A stretch of 63,765 nucleotides of DNA, counting the filler, from Hyphochytrium catenoides (Eukaryota; Protista; Hyphochytriomycota), in the NCBI GenBank assembly GCA_900088475.1. It is 8 parts of 8 records of this genome, joined end to end, with 100 filler letters (N's around TTAATTAATTAA, not from the genome) between each part and the next. Parts side by side here need not be neighbours in the genome. Positions count along the whole stretch, not along the records: positions 1 to 13,804 come from FLMG01001206.1; positions 13,905 to 35,747 come from FLMG01000985.1; 6 more parts are not named here. The stretch is one strand, 5' to 3'. The notes beneath the pieces were generated by a model. It saw only the letters and a program-made list of their open reading frames with translations, was not told where the DNA came from and searched no databases. Below, piece by piece: positions 13,123-31,418 of this stretch. Numbering within the stretch: the stretch's first letter is position 1; each line of letters begins with the position of its first letter. A program made the position numbers and the translations under genes.

Positions 13123-13701
13123 TTATACTGCGGTAGGGCTGTACATGGCACGATAGTCTTCCTCTCCCTCTTCCACTTGCTCTGGCGTAGCAAGATCCAA
13201 AGGACTTGGCCGGGGAGAGAGGCTTCCTCTTCCTCTTCCTCCCGGAACCAGGAGAGGACCAGGAGCNNNNNNNNNNNNNNNNNNNNNNNNNNNNNNNNNN
13301 NNNNNNNNNNNNNNNNNNNNNNGGAAGAAGACCCGAGAGAGCAAGAAGATAGACAAGGACACAGACAAAACCGAGAAAAATGGAGGTTGCGAGACTGTTA
13401 ACGAAAACGGGGAGGGACAGAAAGGGGAGAGAAAGAAAGAGAGAAAGAGAGAGCGAGAGAGAGAATAGCCACAGACAGTAGGAAAAAATTAAGGAGACCA
13501 AAGGAGCAAGGGTTGAGACAAGAAAGGAGAGAAGAGAGCCAGAGAGAAAGAGCGACAGAGGCAGAATGAGAGCAGACGAGAGAAAAGAGAGAGAGAGAGA
13601 GAGAGAGAGCAATGTGCAATCCTCTACCTTGCCCTGGGTGGTCTCCAAGCCATCTGATGAGCGTAGTTCTGAGACTGTTCCTCGACCTGAAGCAGGCCAG
13701 G
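13123..13701 (-). CDS. 3' exons of an unidentified minus-strand gene
   Basis: Coding-like islands ASGRGTVSELRSSDGLETTQG and APGPLLVPGGRGRGSLSPRPSPLDLATPEQVEEGEEDYRAMYSPTAV*, separated by introns that read (GA)n on the + strand. Confidence 0.35.
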
Positions 13702-13804
13702 CTAGAGAGAAAGAGAGAGAGAGAGAGAGTATAGGTGAAGAGAGAGAGACCAAGAGAAAAGAGAGAGCGAGAAAGAGAGAATAAGAGAGCGTGGGCGAGA
13801 GAGG

Positions 13805-13904
13805 NNNNNNNNNNNNNNNNNNNNNNNNNNNNNNNNNNNNNNNNNNNNTTAATTAATTAANNNNNNNNNNNNNNNNNNNNNNNNNNNNNNNNNNNNNNNN
13901 NNNN
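13805..13904. other. Artificial contig-joining spacer N44-TTAATTAATTAA-N44 (12-mers at 13849, 35792, 42652, 46061, 48170, 58419, 62355)
   Basis: The same 12-mer, with stop codons in all six frames, sits centred in 100-nt N blocks seven times. Confidence 0.97.
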
Positions 13905-14091
13905 GTCCACGTCCCAGTCCACCTTCAGCCGAGGTGGTCCCCAGATCCTCCGCCAACTCAGCTTCGGCATGTCTCTTTCTTCTGAGAAAGAGATTCTTCT
14001 TCCTTTCTCCGTTTTACGAATCTCTGTCTGGAGGAGGAAGAGGTGATGATGATCGGAAGCTGCAGGAGAGAAGAGAAAGCAGGAAATGAAC

Positions 14092-14135
<44 letters not shown>

Positions 14136-14669
14136 CAGTGGAGGTGAACGGAAGGGGATGGCAAGACGAGATTGGAGAAGAAGAGAAAGAGAGAGAAAGA
14201 GCACCCTCGTGCTGAAACAAAGAGAAGAAAGAGAGAGGGGACAAGAGAGAAAGAGAGGGGGGCGACGAGAGACAAAGCTCGTCGTTGCCTCTCATTTTTC
14301 CTCTCTTTTCTCCCTGATACAGACGCAGCTGTCTCTCGGAACACGAGATAGAACAAGCGTTATGCAAGTCCTTAGAAGACAGGAGATGACAGCGAAGGGA
14401 TGGACAGTGGAGAGAAAGAAGCAAGGAAGAGGAGAGAGAGGAGACAAAACGAGAGAGAGAGAGGAAGGGGGAGGAAAGAGAGAGAAAGGGGGAGAAAGAG
14501 AGAATTTAAGGACAAAAAGAGTTGAAAGAACAGCTCTTGAAATGGTGTCAGAGAGGGACGAAAGAACAGAGAGAGGAAGAAAAGCAGGAGAGGAAAAAAG
14601 AGAGAATGAGAGAGAAGAACGAGAAAGAGAACGAGAGAGAGTGTAGACAGAGAGGAGAAAGTAGAGAGT

Positions 14670-14703
<34 letters not shown>

Positions 14704-14811
14704 NNNNNNNNNNNNNNNNNNNNNNNNNNNNNNNCCCTGGGGGGCTAGTGGTGGATCCGTTTGAGAAGCAGATTCTGACCTTTCGCATCTTTTCTCTGCC
14801 TTTTCTCTATG

Positions 14812-15183
14812 AGACTCTCTCTCTCTCTCTGACTCTGTCTCTCTCTCTCTCTCTGACTCTGTCTCTCTCTCTCTCTCTGACTCTCTCTCTCTCTCGCTGA
14901 CTCTCCCTCTCTCTCTCGCTCTCTCTCTCTCTGACTCTCTCTCTCGCTAGCTCTCTCTCTCTCTCTGACTCTTTCTCTCGCTAGCTCGCTCTCTCTCTCT
15001 GACTCTCTCTCTCTCTCTCGCTCTCTCTCTCTGACTCTCTCTCTCTCGCTCTCTCTCTCTGACTCTCTCTCTCTCTCGCTCGCTCTCGCTCTCTGACTCT
15101 CTCTCTCTCTCGCTCTCTCTCTCTGACTCTCTCTCTCTCTCTCTCGCTCTCTCTCTCTGACTCTCTCTCTCTCGCTCGCTCTC
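14812..15183. repeat. Compound (CT)n minisatellite punctuated by CTGA/CGCT
   Basis: Recurrent CTCTCTGACTCTCTCTCTCTCGCT-like units. Confidence 0.8.
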
Positions 15184-15427
15184 TGGTTGACTGCCCGACC
15201 CCTACCTACCCTGGTTACATGTGTGGTTCTGTCTATCACCGCCGTCGGCGCTAACTCTCCTCTTTCCCAGTCGGTTGCTCACGCCTTCTCTTACTTCCTC
15301 ATCGCTGGTGCCCAAGGAGCACTTTGTCTCGCTCCTTTCTCTCTCCCTTCTCTACCCTTGTCTTCCTATCAAATCTCACTATGACTTTTCCTCCGCATCC
15401 TAAAATAACCCTTATCACCTGCATCCA

Positions 15428-15461
<34 letters not shown>

Positions 15462-16172
15462 CTTAACTTTCCTGCTCCCCTTCCTCTCTTCGGCTTCGAC
15501 CTCGTATTGCATTCACACCTCTGAACGACTTGCTTTCCTTGCATTTCTCTTCCGTCTCTCTTCTATTTCATCCGGGGTTTCTCATCTATAGGAAGGATGG
15601 CATTTCCTCCTCCTCAGCTCTACGTCTCCTTATAAAAACATGATCTCTTCCTCTCTGTCTCTCTCTTTCTCTCTTTCTCTCCCTCTCTCTCTTTCTCTCT
15701 CCTATCTTTTTCTTTGTCTGGGTCTCCTCCCTCCTCTTACTTTGGCTCCGGACCTTTCCTTCATGCGGCTGCATTTTTCTCTCATCAGCAGCCCAATAAT
15801 GTGCCGTGCATTCTATCTTTCGCTCTCCCACCACCTTGCCTCGCTCTCGCTTCTTTCGGTTTGTCACTTTCTCTCGGTCTCTTTAGTTCCGCGCTCACAC
15901 TCTCTTTCTCTTTCTCTCTCTCTCTTCCATCCTGCTTTCTTCTCTCTCTATTAAGTTGTGCATGAAGACGTTAAATGATGGTTCATGTCTATAAAGAGCG
16001 CGGTGTTACATTGTTAACTCCTCAGGGAAGAGAGAGGAGGAGGAGAGGAGAGACAGGAGAGGAGATAGAGAGGAAAATATGATGACAAACAGCTCTGGAG
16101 CGATGGCAAACGAAGCAATTTCACGTGTCCAGTCTCTCCGGTTTCCTGTGTTTTACTGTTTGTCTCTTTGTG

Positions 16173-16204
<32 letters not shown>

Positions 16205-16443
16205 GTCTCCTCGCTCTCTCTCGCTCTCTCTCGCCCTGCATCACAGCTCTCTGTTTTTTATGCGAGACTATGGACAGCTATCCACCGAACTTAATAATCC
16301 CGCACTCGCCCACTCCTTCTCTCTCCTCTTTCCTCGGTCTTTCTCTCTGTCTCTGTCTCTGTCTCTCTTTTGTTTCCCTCCTCCTTCCTCCTCCTCCTGA
16401 CGCTCTCTCCCTCTCTCCTCCTCCTCTCTATTCACCGCCCCGA

Positions 16444-18270
16444 CTAGTTGCCATACTGTTCCTTCAGACTCGCCCGTCTGTAGATCCTCCGCACCGAGGC
16501 CGGAGCCTGGACGCGGACGCGGTGCCACGAATTATTTAGCAGTCCGCGCGGGTTCCAGATCGGATCCACGCTCTCCGGCTGAGCGTTATAAGCGTCGTCC
16601 ACAGCCTTACAGCACAGCTCGAACTGGTCGTTGCCCGGGTGCTCGTCCGGGAGAGGAATCTCGGCCTCCCAGAGCGTCCAGGCCCAAGCTCGGCCGGCCG
16701 GCTGTGGGATCTTTCTCAGCTCGGCTGTATGCCATGTCTTTCCTCCGTCTATGGACACGTCCACGCGGATGATTCCTCGTCCTCCTCCGCTCCAGGCGTA
16801 GCCTTTCAAAGTGATCGTCTCATCATCCTCAGGCAGCGTCCAGCCATTGGCAGGCTCCAGGATCGCGGACTGGACGGGCATTTCTTGGATGGCCGGGCCG
16901 GCCATGTCCCAGTTTAGCTTGGCAAAGTCCATGCCGGGCGGGAAGCCCTTGTAGTCTCTCTGCTGCCAGAAGCTCTTGCTCTCCTCAGAATGTGGGACAA
17001 TCTTGGAGACCCACTTGACGTTCCTCGCGCCGACGGTCCCTGGGACGATAAGTCGGACAGGATAGCCGTGATCTCTTGGAATGGGCTCTCCGTTCATCTC
17101 ATAGGCCAGTAGGACGTCTACGTAAGGGTTGAGAACCTTCTCGATTGGGATAGAAGCACCATACGGTGCCCCGTCCACTTCTCTGTCAAGCCCTTCCACC
17201 TGCAGATGGCGCAATCCCTCGACCGTGGAATCAAAGCCAATATAGTCTAGGACGTCCCGCAGTAGCACTCCGGACCACGAGGCATTGCTGACGGCCGCTG
17301 TGCCCCAACTGAGGCCCTTCACGTGCTTCTTATGCGACATCTCGGCTCTGCGGTTGCCTGCGCACTGCAGGGTTGCGGCGATTGTCCTCTTTGGAAACTT
17401 GGTCTTCAGATCTTCTAACGTCAGCGTGGCCTTCTCCTTTATTCCTAAGCCTTCTATCTCTAGCTTGTACTCTCTCTCGTCTATCATTGGCACAGGGAGA
17501 TGGTTGCGCACGAAGAACAGGTCATTGGGAGTGTAGAGCTTGTCAGGCAGGAGCTCCGGTGGCGGTTCAGCGTTGAAAGGCTGTTGAGAGTTAACCGTAA
17601 GCGCGGGGTGGCGCTGTGGATCATTGGCATACGGCCCGGCGGTCGCTGGAGGAAGAGCAAGCTTCTCCTTATCTTTGGGGTCAAGGTTCCCGATGCGATA
17701 AATCTCCAGAAGTTCCTTCACGTCGTCGTGATTATGAGCAGCATAGAGTCTCCAGAAAGGCTCAATGGACTTCCCTGCGGCCAGTAGGATCTTCCCGCCG
17801 CCTGGGTGGCTCTCTATGAAGTTCGTCACATCGTAGACGCCGTCCTGGTAGACCACCCAGATGCCCTTTTCCTTAGATGTGTGCTTGGATATCTCTTCTA
17901 TGGAGAAAGTCGGCAGTCCGTCGAGCTTCTTCCCGGCGTTGGCCGCAGAGATTTTAGGCAGCTTATCAGTCGATTGAATTAGCTTTCCAGCGCGGGAAGA
18001 AGAGGCTTCACAGGAGCTCTCGGAAGGAGGTAGGCTTCCAGCTGCTAGAACAAGGCCGGTTCCAAGACCCAGCAGTCCCGCTGCCATCCAGCGGCCAGCT
18101 TGGCTTGGTTCTTCATGGATGGGGCGATGTTCAGAGCGATAGCTGAGCCTCCTTTGGGCTTGGAGGAGGGCTGGCCTTGCTAAAGGGAGAGAGATCCCGG
18201 ATCTATGACAAAGGCCTGAGAGTCTGACAGGCTTCGTGGCAAGAGATCTGAGTCTGTTGGCCAGCGCCAT
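16444..18270 (-). CDS. SUOX: Sulfite oxidase, mitochondrial type (presequence + cytochrome b5 + Moco + dimerisation domains), single exon
   Basis: 608-aa uninterrupted ORF with an Arg-rich presequence and hydrophobic segment, b5 motif YDVTNFIESHPGG, and FFVRNH, LQCAGNRR (Mo-ligating Cys), DHGYPVR, GARNVKW, GYAWSGGGR, IWNPRG. Confidence 0.96.
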   Translation of the reverse strand: MALANRLRSLATKPVRLSGLCHRSGISLPLARPALLQAQRRLSYRSEHRPIHEEPSQAGRWMAAGLLGLGTGLVLAAGSLPPSESSCEASSSRAGKLIQSTDKLPKISAANAGKKLDGLPTFSIEEISKHTSKEKGIWVVYQDGVYDVTNFIESHPGGGKILLAAGKSIEPFWRLYAAHNHDDVKELLEIYRIGNLDPKDKEKLALPPATAGPYANDPQRHPALTVNSQQPFNAEPPPELLPDKLYTPNDLFFVRNHLPVPMIDEREYKLEIEGLGIKEKATLTLEDLKTKFPKRTIAATLQCAGNRRAEMSHKKHVKGLSWGTAAVSNASWSGVLLRDVLDYIGFDSTVEGLRHLQVEGLDREVDGAPYGASIPIEKVLNPYVDVLLAYEMNGEPIPRDHGYPVRLIVPGTVGARNVKWVSKIVPHSEESKSFWQQRDYKGFPPGMDFAKLNWDMAGPAIQEMPVQSAILEPANGWTLPEDDETITLKGYAWSGGGRGIIRVDVSIDGGKTWHTAELRKIPQPAGRAWAWTLWEAEIPLPDEHPGNDQFELCCKAVDDAYNAQPESVDPIWNPRGLLNNSWHRVRVQAPASVRRIYRRASLKEQYGN

Positions 18271-18603
18271 GGCTCCTTCAAAACAGTGCTAGCACTAGGA
18301 GAGGTCGGAGGGAGAGCGAAGAAGAGAGAGAGGCGCTCTCTTTCAACAGACTTTCCCGAGGACAAGGACCTAAGTCTGCGGAGCTCAACAGACCTGACTC
18401 TCGATGTGCTAACAATGCGTCTCCATCGCTTGAAGGTCCTCTGCCCCACTGCACGATGCTCCTTAACCTTACGATGTCGGCCGGAAAAGGAAATTGTCTG
18501 CAATGACGCAGAACCTCCAGAGCAGATAGAAAGAAACGAACTAACGACGCAGAGATGAAAGGGAGAGAGAGAGAAAGAGAGAGAGAGACAGGGAGGGAGA
18601 GAC

Positions 18604-18657
<54 letters not shown>

Positions 18658-19205
18658 AAGAGACTCTGACAAGGCTCATCTCTAAGACTTCAAGCTGCTG
18701 CTGCCCAGTACCGCATCGCTTTCTCACACCCGAAGAATGGCCGCTAACGGAACCCCTTACTCCTGGGGGAGCTCAGGCCAGGACCAGCCATAATGCATTG
18801 TATTCACTTATGTCCCATGTATAGAGGTTGTGTAACATGGATGACGTACTATCATCATGGACTGTCCCCTATGAGAAGCCCTATGGTGCTCTAAGGCAAG
18901 GAAAGTCCGTTTCGCCCGCAGCAGAAGAAGTGCAAGTGCGGCGCTTGGCCCGCCGGACAGGCAGAGATCTCTGTACCAGGAGCGGAGCGAAGAGTGAAAG
19001 GAGAGAATATGAGATGTAGGCAGAGGCTCCGCCTGTCTTTGGCTAGCAGCAGTAGCGGGAGAGAGAGGTATAGACATAGAGGGCAAGAGAGGTAGCATAA
19101 AGGGAAGGCTTCATCGTGCCTGACCTAGAGGACTGTGTGCTACGACTCTTAGCGATTCCTTTCTAAGATCTCTGCTTGAAGGAGAAAGATAAAATCCTCG
19201 CCACA

Positions 19206-20683
19206 ATGGCCACATGCTCCTATTTAACGCCTGGGCTCTCTACGGAGGAGCTGCCACTGTGCGCTACGACGTTCCCTTCTGACGCAGAAGCGGCTTCGCA
19301 CCCCGCGAAGTACATCCAGATGATGCTCTGTAAGAGCCACTCGCTCTGTCCCTCACTACTTTAGATCTACGGCTAGCTCCACATTTTTTGCTGCTAGCAG
19401 TGGGAAGCGGTGACGCTCTCTTCCTCCCGCTTCCCTTCTTAATCTTCGCACCTCACTGTCCTCCGAATCCTGTGTTCTCTCCTTCCTTCCTCTCGCAATC
19501 TTCTTCCGACATTCTTTTGCAGGGAAGGCGCCAGAGGATGTGGAGAAGATCTGCGAGGTTCCTTCCTCCTGTGATCCTCTTGCGTGGCAGTATGAGCACT
19601 TGAGGTGAATCGCATCTCTTTCCTTCTCTCTCTGGCTAAGATACCTACTCTTCTTCTCACATCTCTTTGTCTCTCTCCCGCTTGTCCATCTCTATCTCTC
19701 GTCTAGATTGTTCCTTGTCTCTTTCTTCCTGAATCTATCTTCCTCTTCAATAAGGCATATCTTTCTCGTGCGCTCTCTTCTCGCGCATGTAAGGCGAGCT
19801 CTGCCACCCTTGGTCTTGGTCTCATGTACGCCGCGCCCTATCTCTCACGTCTCAACCACAGACAGCTTGTTATAGACTTAGGGTGGCTGGCGGCTCTGTT
19901 GACGGAATGCTGCACCGCTGAGTCTTGTCCAACTATGATGGCTACGAGCCAGTGGGAATATCTCTGTGCAGCCCACAGGCAGCCACAGAAGGTAGATTTT
20001 CTAACTCATTCTGAAGCCTTTTTCTTTCAACATGCTCACCATGTGACCCTCTCCTTCCTTAACCTCTGCTAAGTCCTGACTGTCCATCCTTCGGCTTATC
20101 TTTAGCTTTCCTCTTCTTGACCCTCCTTCCTTGGCAGTGCTCCGCAATGGACTATTCTAATCACACACTGGAGAACGCGACGACGACGTTGACCAGTCAG
20201 AAGCTCTTTCCTAGCCGGCCGTGCATCCCCGCAGCCTCCGTCAAAGAGTTGCAGTCAGTAGCTCGAAGGCTGTACAGGATCTCCTCACATGCGTTCTTCA
20301 ATCATAGACACCTTTTCGATTTGTTTGAAGTGAGTGATCGTCTCTCTCTCCTTTTCGCTTCCCTACATTCTCTCCCTTACTTCTCTCTCTTTCTCTCTTT
20401 TCCCTTGTTGTTTCTCTTTCTTTCTTTCTCAACCCTACTCTCTATCTCTCTGTCCCCATATTTCTCTTTATCTCTCGTTCCGACATCTTTTCCTGCTAAT
20501 CTCTCTCGCTCTTTCCCATCCTCTCTTTCCGTTCTGCGGTTTCTCTCGCCCCTGCTCTTCCGATTTTTCTCTCTGCGCTAGGGCAAGTATCACACTACGC
20601 GGCGGTTCAATCGCTTGGGTCGGCTGTACAAGCTGGTTCCTGAGGATCAGATCATCGTCCCAGACGAAGAGCTATCGGATTGA
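19206..20683 (+). CDS. MOB4: MOB4/phocein (STRIPAK subunit), 5 exons
   Basis: Spliced WQYEHLR|QLVIDL...CPTMMATSQWEYLCAAHRQPQK|CSAMDYSNHTL...LFPSR...VARRLYRISSHAFFNHR...|...RF...LVPEDQIIVP, the diagnostic phocein motifs. Confidence 0.9.
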
Positions 20684-21195
20684 AGAAGAGCAGACAGCAC
20701 ATGAGGGCCAACTTATTTATAGGAAGCGCTGTAGCCTTAGTGCCCGAGTAGTGGTGCTGCCGTCCCTGTCCCCATACCGCTAGCGCGTCATCTGGTTGAC
20801 CTCTGCACTGAGTGCCGGTAGATGGCTGAGCCCCTCGCGCTATTAACAAATCTGTAGACGTTCGTCAATGTGAAGGAAAGCTCCTTTTCCCATCTTTTGC
20901 GCACAAAGATCAGTATACTGATAACTGTAACGTAGTTATCGAAGGCTGTATCCCCTCTTGTAAACCTCCACGGGAAGAACTTGGGGTTCATCGACGACGA
21001 ATCTCTGGTGGCACTCTGTCTCGCCCTACAACCAAGAAAGCAATGTTTTCTATATATCCCTTGAACCACTCTGTCTCGAGAGCGTATGCTCACCCTTTGT
21101 CGGTCGTCCTTGGTGTTACTCCTTCCTCACTGTTGTCACCGCCATAGGGCGCCCAGCCGCAGTGTGAAAGGTGATGATGGATCAAGAGGAGAAAG

Positions 21196-21245
<50 letters not shown>

Positions 21246-21654
21246 GTGTGAGAGAGAGAGAGAGAGAGGGAGGGAGAGAGAGAGAGAGAGGGCGAGAGAG
21301 AGAGAGAGAGGACGAGACAGAGAAGAGAGAGACAATAGGGTAAAAAAGAAATAGCGGAGCATGGAGAAGTAGAGAGACAGAGAGATTGTGTGCGTCAAAG
21401 ACACGTGTAAAGCGACATCCTAATACCGTACAACTCTCCTCCAAGCTTGCCATTGAGGCTCATTTGCTGCAGCTTCGGAGGAGCGACCAGCCGTCCTGGA
21501 TCCTTCTCTTCTCTTGCCAACCCAAAGCTGGCTCTTCCATCCTTCCAGCGAGTGAATCATACGTACAGGGACGCCTCAAGCACTGCAGAAAAGTCAAGTC
21601 TGCTGACCGCACGTGAGATAAGCGGCTGCGGCGGCGGAGGAGGAGGAGACGAGG

Positions 21655-27399
<5,745 letters not shown>

Positions 27400-27536
27400 A
27401 GAAAGATTTGTTTCGTATTAACAGTGAAACCTGAGTGCATCGCAGCTGTGTGTTGCCACCTTTATCTTTAGCCTAACCTTAGAGTGGCGGTGTAAAGAAT
27501 CGAACGTTTGAGAGGATAGCTTAGAGAGGGCGTGAC

Positions 27537-27572
<36 letters not shown>

Positions 27573-28112
27573 CTGTCAGACAACAAACATTTCTGTAAAT
27601 GGCGCACTCACCGACAAGGTCCCAATCCCTCTTTCAAGTATTCTCTCATTCCCGTAAGCCGGGTCAAGTATATTTCGTATGAGCACCGTAGTCTCGATCA
27701 TAAACTCTTTGTTGGTTCCACACAATACACATGACACAGTAATATCGTCAGGTTGACCCCAATTCGGACCCATGCTGCCTGTCTTCGGTCGCCGTCAAGG
27801 AAGGGGTGCTCTCAAGTTTCAATCACCTTTTGCTCTTTTGGTTCCTCTTCTTGTCTTCCTGTCCTTACCTGCTGTCAGCGGCATGAATGTCAAGCTGTAA
27901 GGAGGGAAGAAGAACCTGCAGAAGATGATGATCCCGTCTACATGCCCGCCCGACAGCCATCATCCACAAGTGGCCTGGGAACCTTCCTTCCGGTCAAATC
28001 GCTGCAGCTCTGAAGTCCGATCTGTGGGGCTCTTGGCGAGCGAAGCAGCCCTAACATGAGCGGTGGACGGGAGGTGCACGAGCCGTAACTAGAGAAAGAA
28101 GGAGAAAGCAGC

Positions 28113-31100
28113 ATGTCGTCTCTCAGTCTCCCCGGCTCAGGCTTCATTGCCTCCTCCCCGGTCTGGAGGCGATGGAGGTCAGGTTTCCAAGGCTCGGGAG
28201 CGGGCTCTAAGGAGGCCGGCCAGCGGCAGGAGTCCACCTCTTCCAGCACCGGGGATCGGGGGGAACTCACCTTCCAGGGACTCTTCTCACCGATCGACGA
28301 CAATGCGCGACGGATCCTGCAGCCCCTTCCTGAGATCATTGCTGAGTTCATTTCTCTCATGCTCAGCTACCAGTTCGCAGAAGTATTGAAACAATCTTTC
28401 GTCTTTGCCTCTTCTTTCCTTCGCTGACGTGTTCCCTATCCATCGCTCCAGGCGGCGACCTATGTGAGCTCCTTCGGTGATGGGGCGGAGGACGGCGGCC
28501 GTGGAGAAGCTGCCGTCCGGATGATGGTCTTCCTTCGACCTCTTCCCCTTTGGGCCTCCTGCGACTGCACGTGAGCATTCCTGTCCCAGTGACGACTTGA
28601 TCTTCGTCGTTCGTAGGGTTGACCATCCAGTCTCTTCCTCCTCTGTATCTCTCCTTCTTCTCTTTCGATTCCCCTCCCGCCCTGGGGCTGCTGGCTGTAG
28701 GTATTATACAATGCGCTATCTGGACACAGAGTGGCTGAAGAATGACACCCTGGACGTGCTGTACACCCAAGTACCACCGACTTGACTTGTTCTTCGTCTA
28801 TATTGCCTGCCGATCACCTAACCTTTTGCTGATGTCTCCTCTCGGTCTACGGCCTCTCTTCTCGTAGGCACTCACTGAGATCCGCCATGGGCTCGACGAG
28901 CTGTATCGCATCTTGCCGCCCGAGAACTTTCCTGTGCATCAGGAGTTGGTTCTGTTCTATGAAGAGCTTAGAGCCTTCCTCAAAGTCAGGAGATTTCATG
29001 CAGTGTGACGTTTAGTTGGGACGTCTTATCCTTTCTCTGAGCCTTAGCCTGCTGTGCAGCTCGTTTCTTTTTCGTCTTTTTTTTGTGTATCTGCCCCGCC
29101 TTTCTGCCGCAGTTGCCTAAGAGTCCGTTTTTCCCTGGCTTTTCCTTACGTTGCCGTAGCTGCGTAGCCGAGCGGTGAAGCTGTATCGAACATTAGGCCA
29201 ACACCCTCTCCCACGCCCTTATCATCTAGTACGTACGGCGCTAGGTCCTTCTCTACTTGGCCTTTCGGCTTCCTGATCCCGCCTCGTGCTTTCTGGTACT
29301 CATCCCCAACATTCACTAACACTTCCTGCATTCTTCAGCTTTCCCAGCAGATCCAGGACTTGCTCCGCCAGCATCGAGATAGATTCCAGCATCCGCTTCT
29401 GGAGGTCACTCGTCCCTCCCTTGGCCTTGTTCAATCCTATCACGTTTCTCCGATTCTGCCTCATCTGTCACGCTTATCTTGCGTTTTAACGACTACGAGT
29501 CTTCATAGGCAGTAGCGGAAAACGCGTGTTTCGAGCTCGAGGCTTTGAAATCTGCTCTTGAGGCGAACCATTTTATGGCCTTCTATCAAATGGACCGCGC
29601 GGTACTGGCCGTTTATACCTTCGGAAGGCAGCTTCGCAACTGGGAGGAACACGTCCTCCAGAACTTAGAAGCTCGCTCACTCCTAGAGGAGCGGAGAAGT
29701 CAACGCGGCGGTGCTGACCGGGAAGATATACCACTTATGGAAGAAGTAAGAGTGTCAGAGCCTAGCAATGCCTGCTGGAAGTCCGCTCTCACTGCTTTGT
29801 CTCGCTCCATCTTCTCTTCTATCACGTGGTTAGTTTATAAGTTCACCTGCCAAAGACGGACTCCAGAAAAGCAGCGTGGAGAGCCCAGAGATGGGCAGCA
29901 GTTCTGGCCTTCTAGGGAAAGGTGAGAAGCTTTACTTTATGAAGACTATTCTGTCAGTGCGGAGAGACCGCCCACACTCAGTCCCTAAACGACTATTATT
30001 CGACTGTTACACTCTCTTGCTCTTTTCGTCCCTACTCTAAATGCCACAAGCTGCTGCCGCCCAAGACAGAGGACAGCAGCGGGCTTTCCGGTCGCGGGAG
30101 AGCCAGCGTGGAGCAACGTCCACAAGGTCACTGAGTGCCTCAAACTCATCCCTCAGCCCTGACCCCAGAGCGGGACCGCTTCTCATCAGGAACCATGCCA
30201 GGTGAAGCAGGCTTTTGCTTAGAGCGACCTTTATTTGAGAAAGTGACCCCAGTGCTTTTTGCAGTCAGGAACTGCTGGACTGCGATATCCCGCTTTTGGC
30301 ATGGTTGCGACAGCTCTTCGTCTCGCTGCTCGCCAAGTATACCCTCTACTTCCACAAAGTGCGGTGGTCCCTTCGGTTTTGCATGACCTGCAACCTTGGT
30401 CCTGATGCCTATTTTCTCAGTGCTTACATCCATACGAGAGGCTGATGAGTGCGGAACTACAAGAGGACCCTGCGACCCGTTCGCGATACGTTCTCCTAGA
30501 GGCAATTGAGGCGTTCTGTAGGAGAAATGGTGAGTCTTCAGTCTCTCTTATAACTGCTCTCGCCTCGTCCCTCTCGCCTATCTCGCTCATTTCCACTCTT
30601 CTCTACCTAAGAGCGCAAGGTGTGGTTCGCCCTGGCCTTCCAGGCCCGAAATGCTATTGATCAGCGCCCTTTCACGTCTGAAGGCTATTCCTGTCCTGCT
30701 GTTCCTCTTACGAGCCGCCCTGCTCAGCAGATCCTCAGGTTCGTCTTTACTTGGCTCAATGCTCGTAACCGCAAGCTGGTGGGACTCATTTACCTTAACA
30801 CAATGCACTTCCTATCCTCCCTCCTTATGGTGGCATGTCCGTTGTCAGCTACCTCAGTTCTCATCGTCAGGATGACGCTCAGGAGCCCGATGAATCTTTC
30901 CCCACCAGCGTTTCTGGCTGGGAGGCTGGTCAGTACCCAGTGCCCGCAACCGCCGTCCGGTTACGTCTCTGTATTAACCCTATCTCAAAGTGTTTGCCTT
31001 TCCCAGCAACCCATCGCAGGAGGAGTGGAGCTATATTCCAGGGTTGATGAAGGCCCACCAGACAGAACTGCAGCGGTTTGATGCGCAGTGAGACAATCAC

Positions 31101-31418
31101 TTGACTGTCCGACGTTGCTAGCGCTTCCGTTCACATTCGTGTTTCTTCTCACATTTGTCAGGTCCTATCACTTCAACAAGAGGACCAACCGCACTTATTT
31201 TTTATCTTGCGTCGAGCCGTCGCTTCTGACAATTGTTCTAGGCTTCGAGGACAGGAGAAAAGCCAATGACAAGGCGACCTTGGTAAGGTGCCTCCAGCTT
31301 TCCCACCCGCTACACAGGTTCATGTGTATTTTTTGACCTATCTTTGCAGGAGTTTCTAGGTCGAATTGGGAGCGTTCTTAGACTCAAGCCCATCTTTACT
31401 ACCCTTCAGGAGCCATAA
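28113..31418 (+). CDS. KICS2: KICS2/C12orf66 homologue (KICSTOR subunit), multi-exon
   Basis: Exon peptides YYTMRYL...LDVLYTQ, LLAWLRQLFVSLLAKYTLYFH, IEAFCRRN, FTSEGYSCP, HFNKRTNRTYFLSCVEPSLLTIVLGFE and EFLGRIGSVLRLKPIFTTL resemble, in order, recalled human C12orf66 segments (LFLWL..L...LLAKFSFYFH; STYFLTRPEP..TIV..FE). Exact exon edges are uncertain. Confidence 0.72.

Noticed and set aside
60-16440. Many long Leu/Ser- or Arg/Glu-rich ORFs in the ORF track
   Set aside because: They are translations of (CT)n/(GA)n microsatellites, which lack stop codons.
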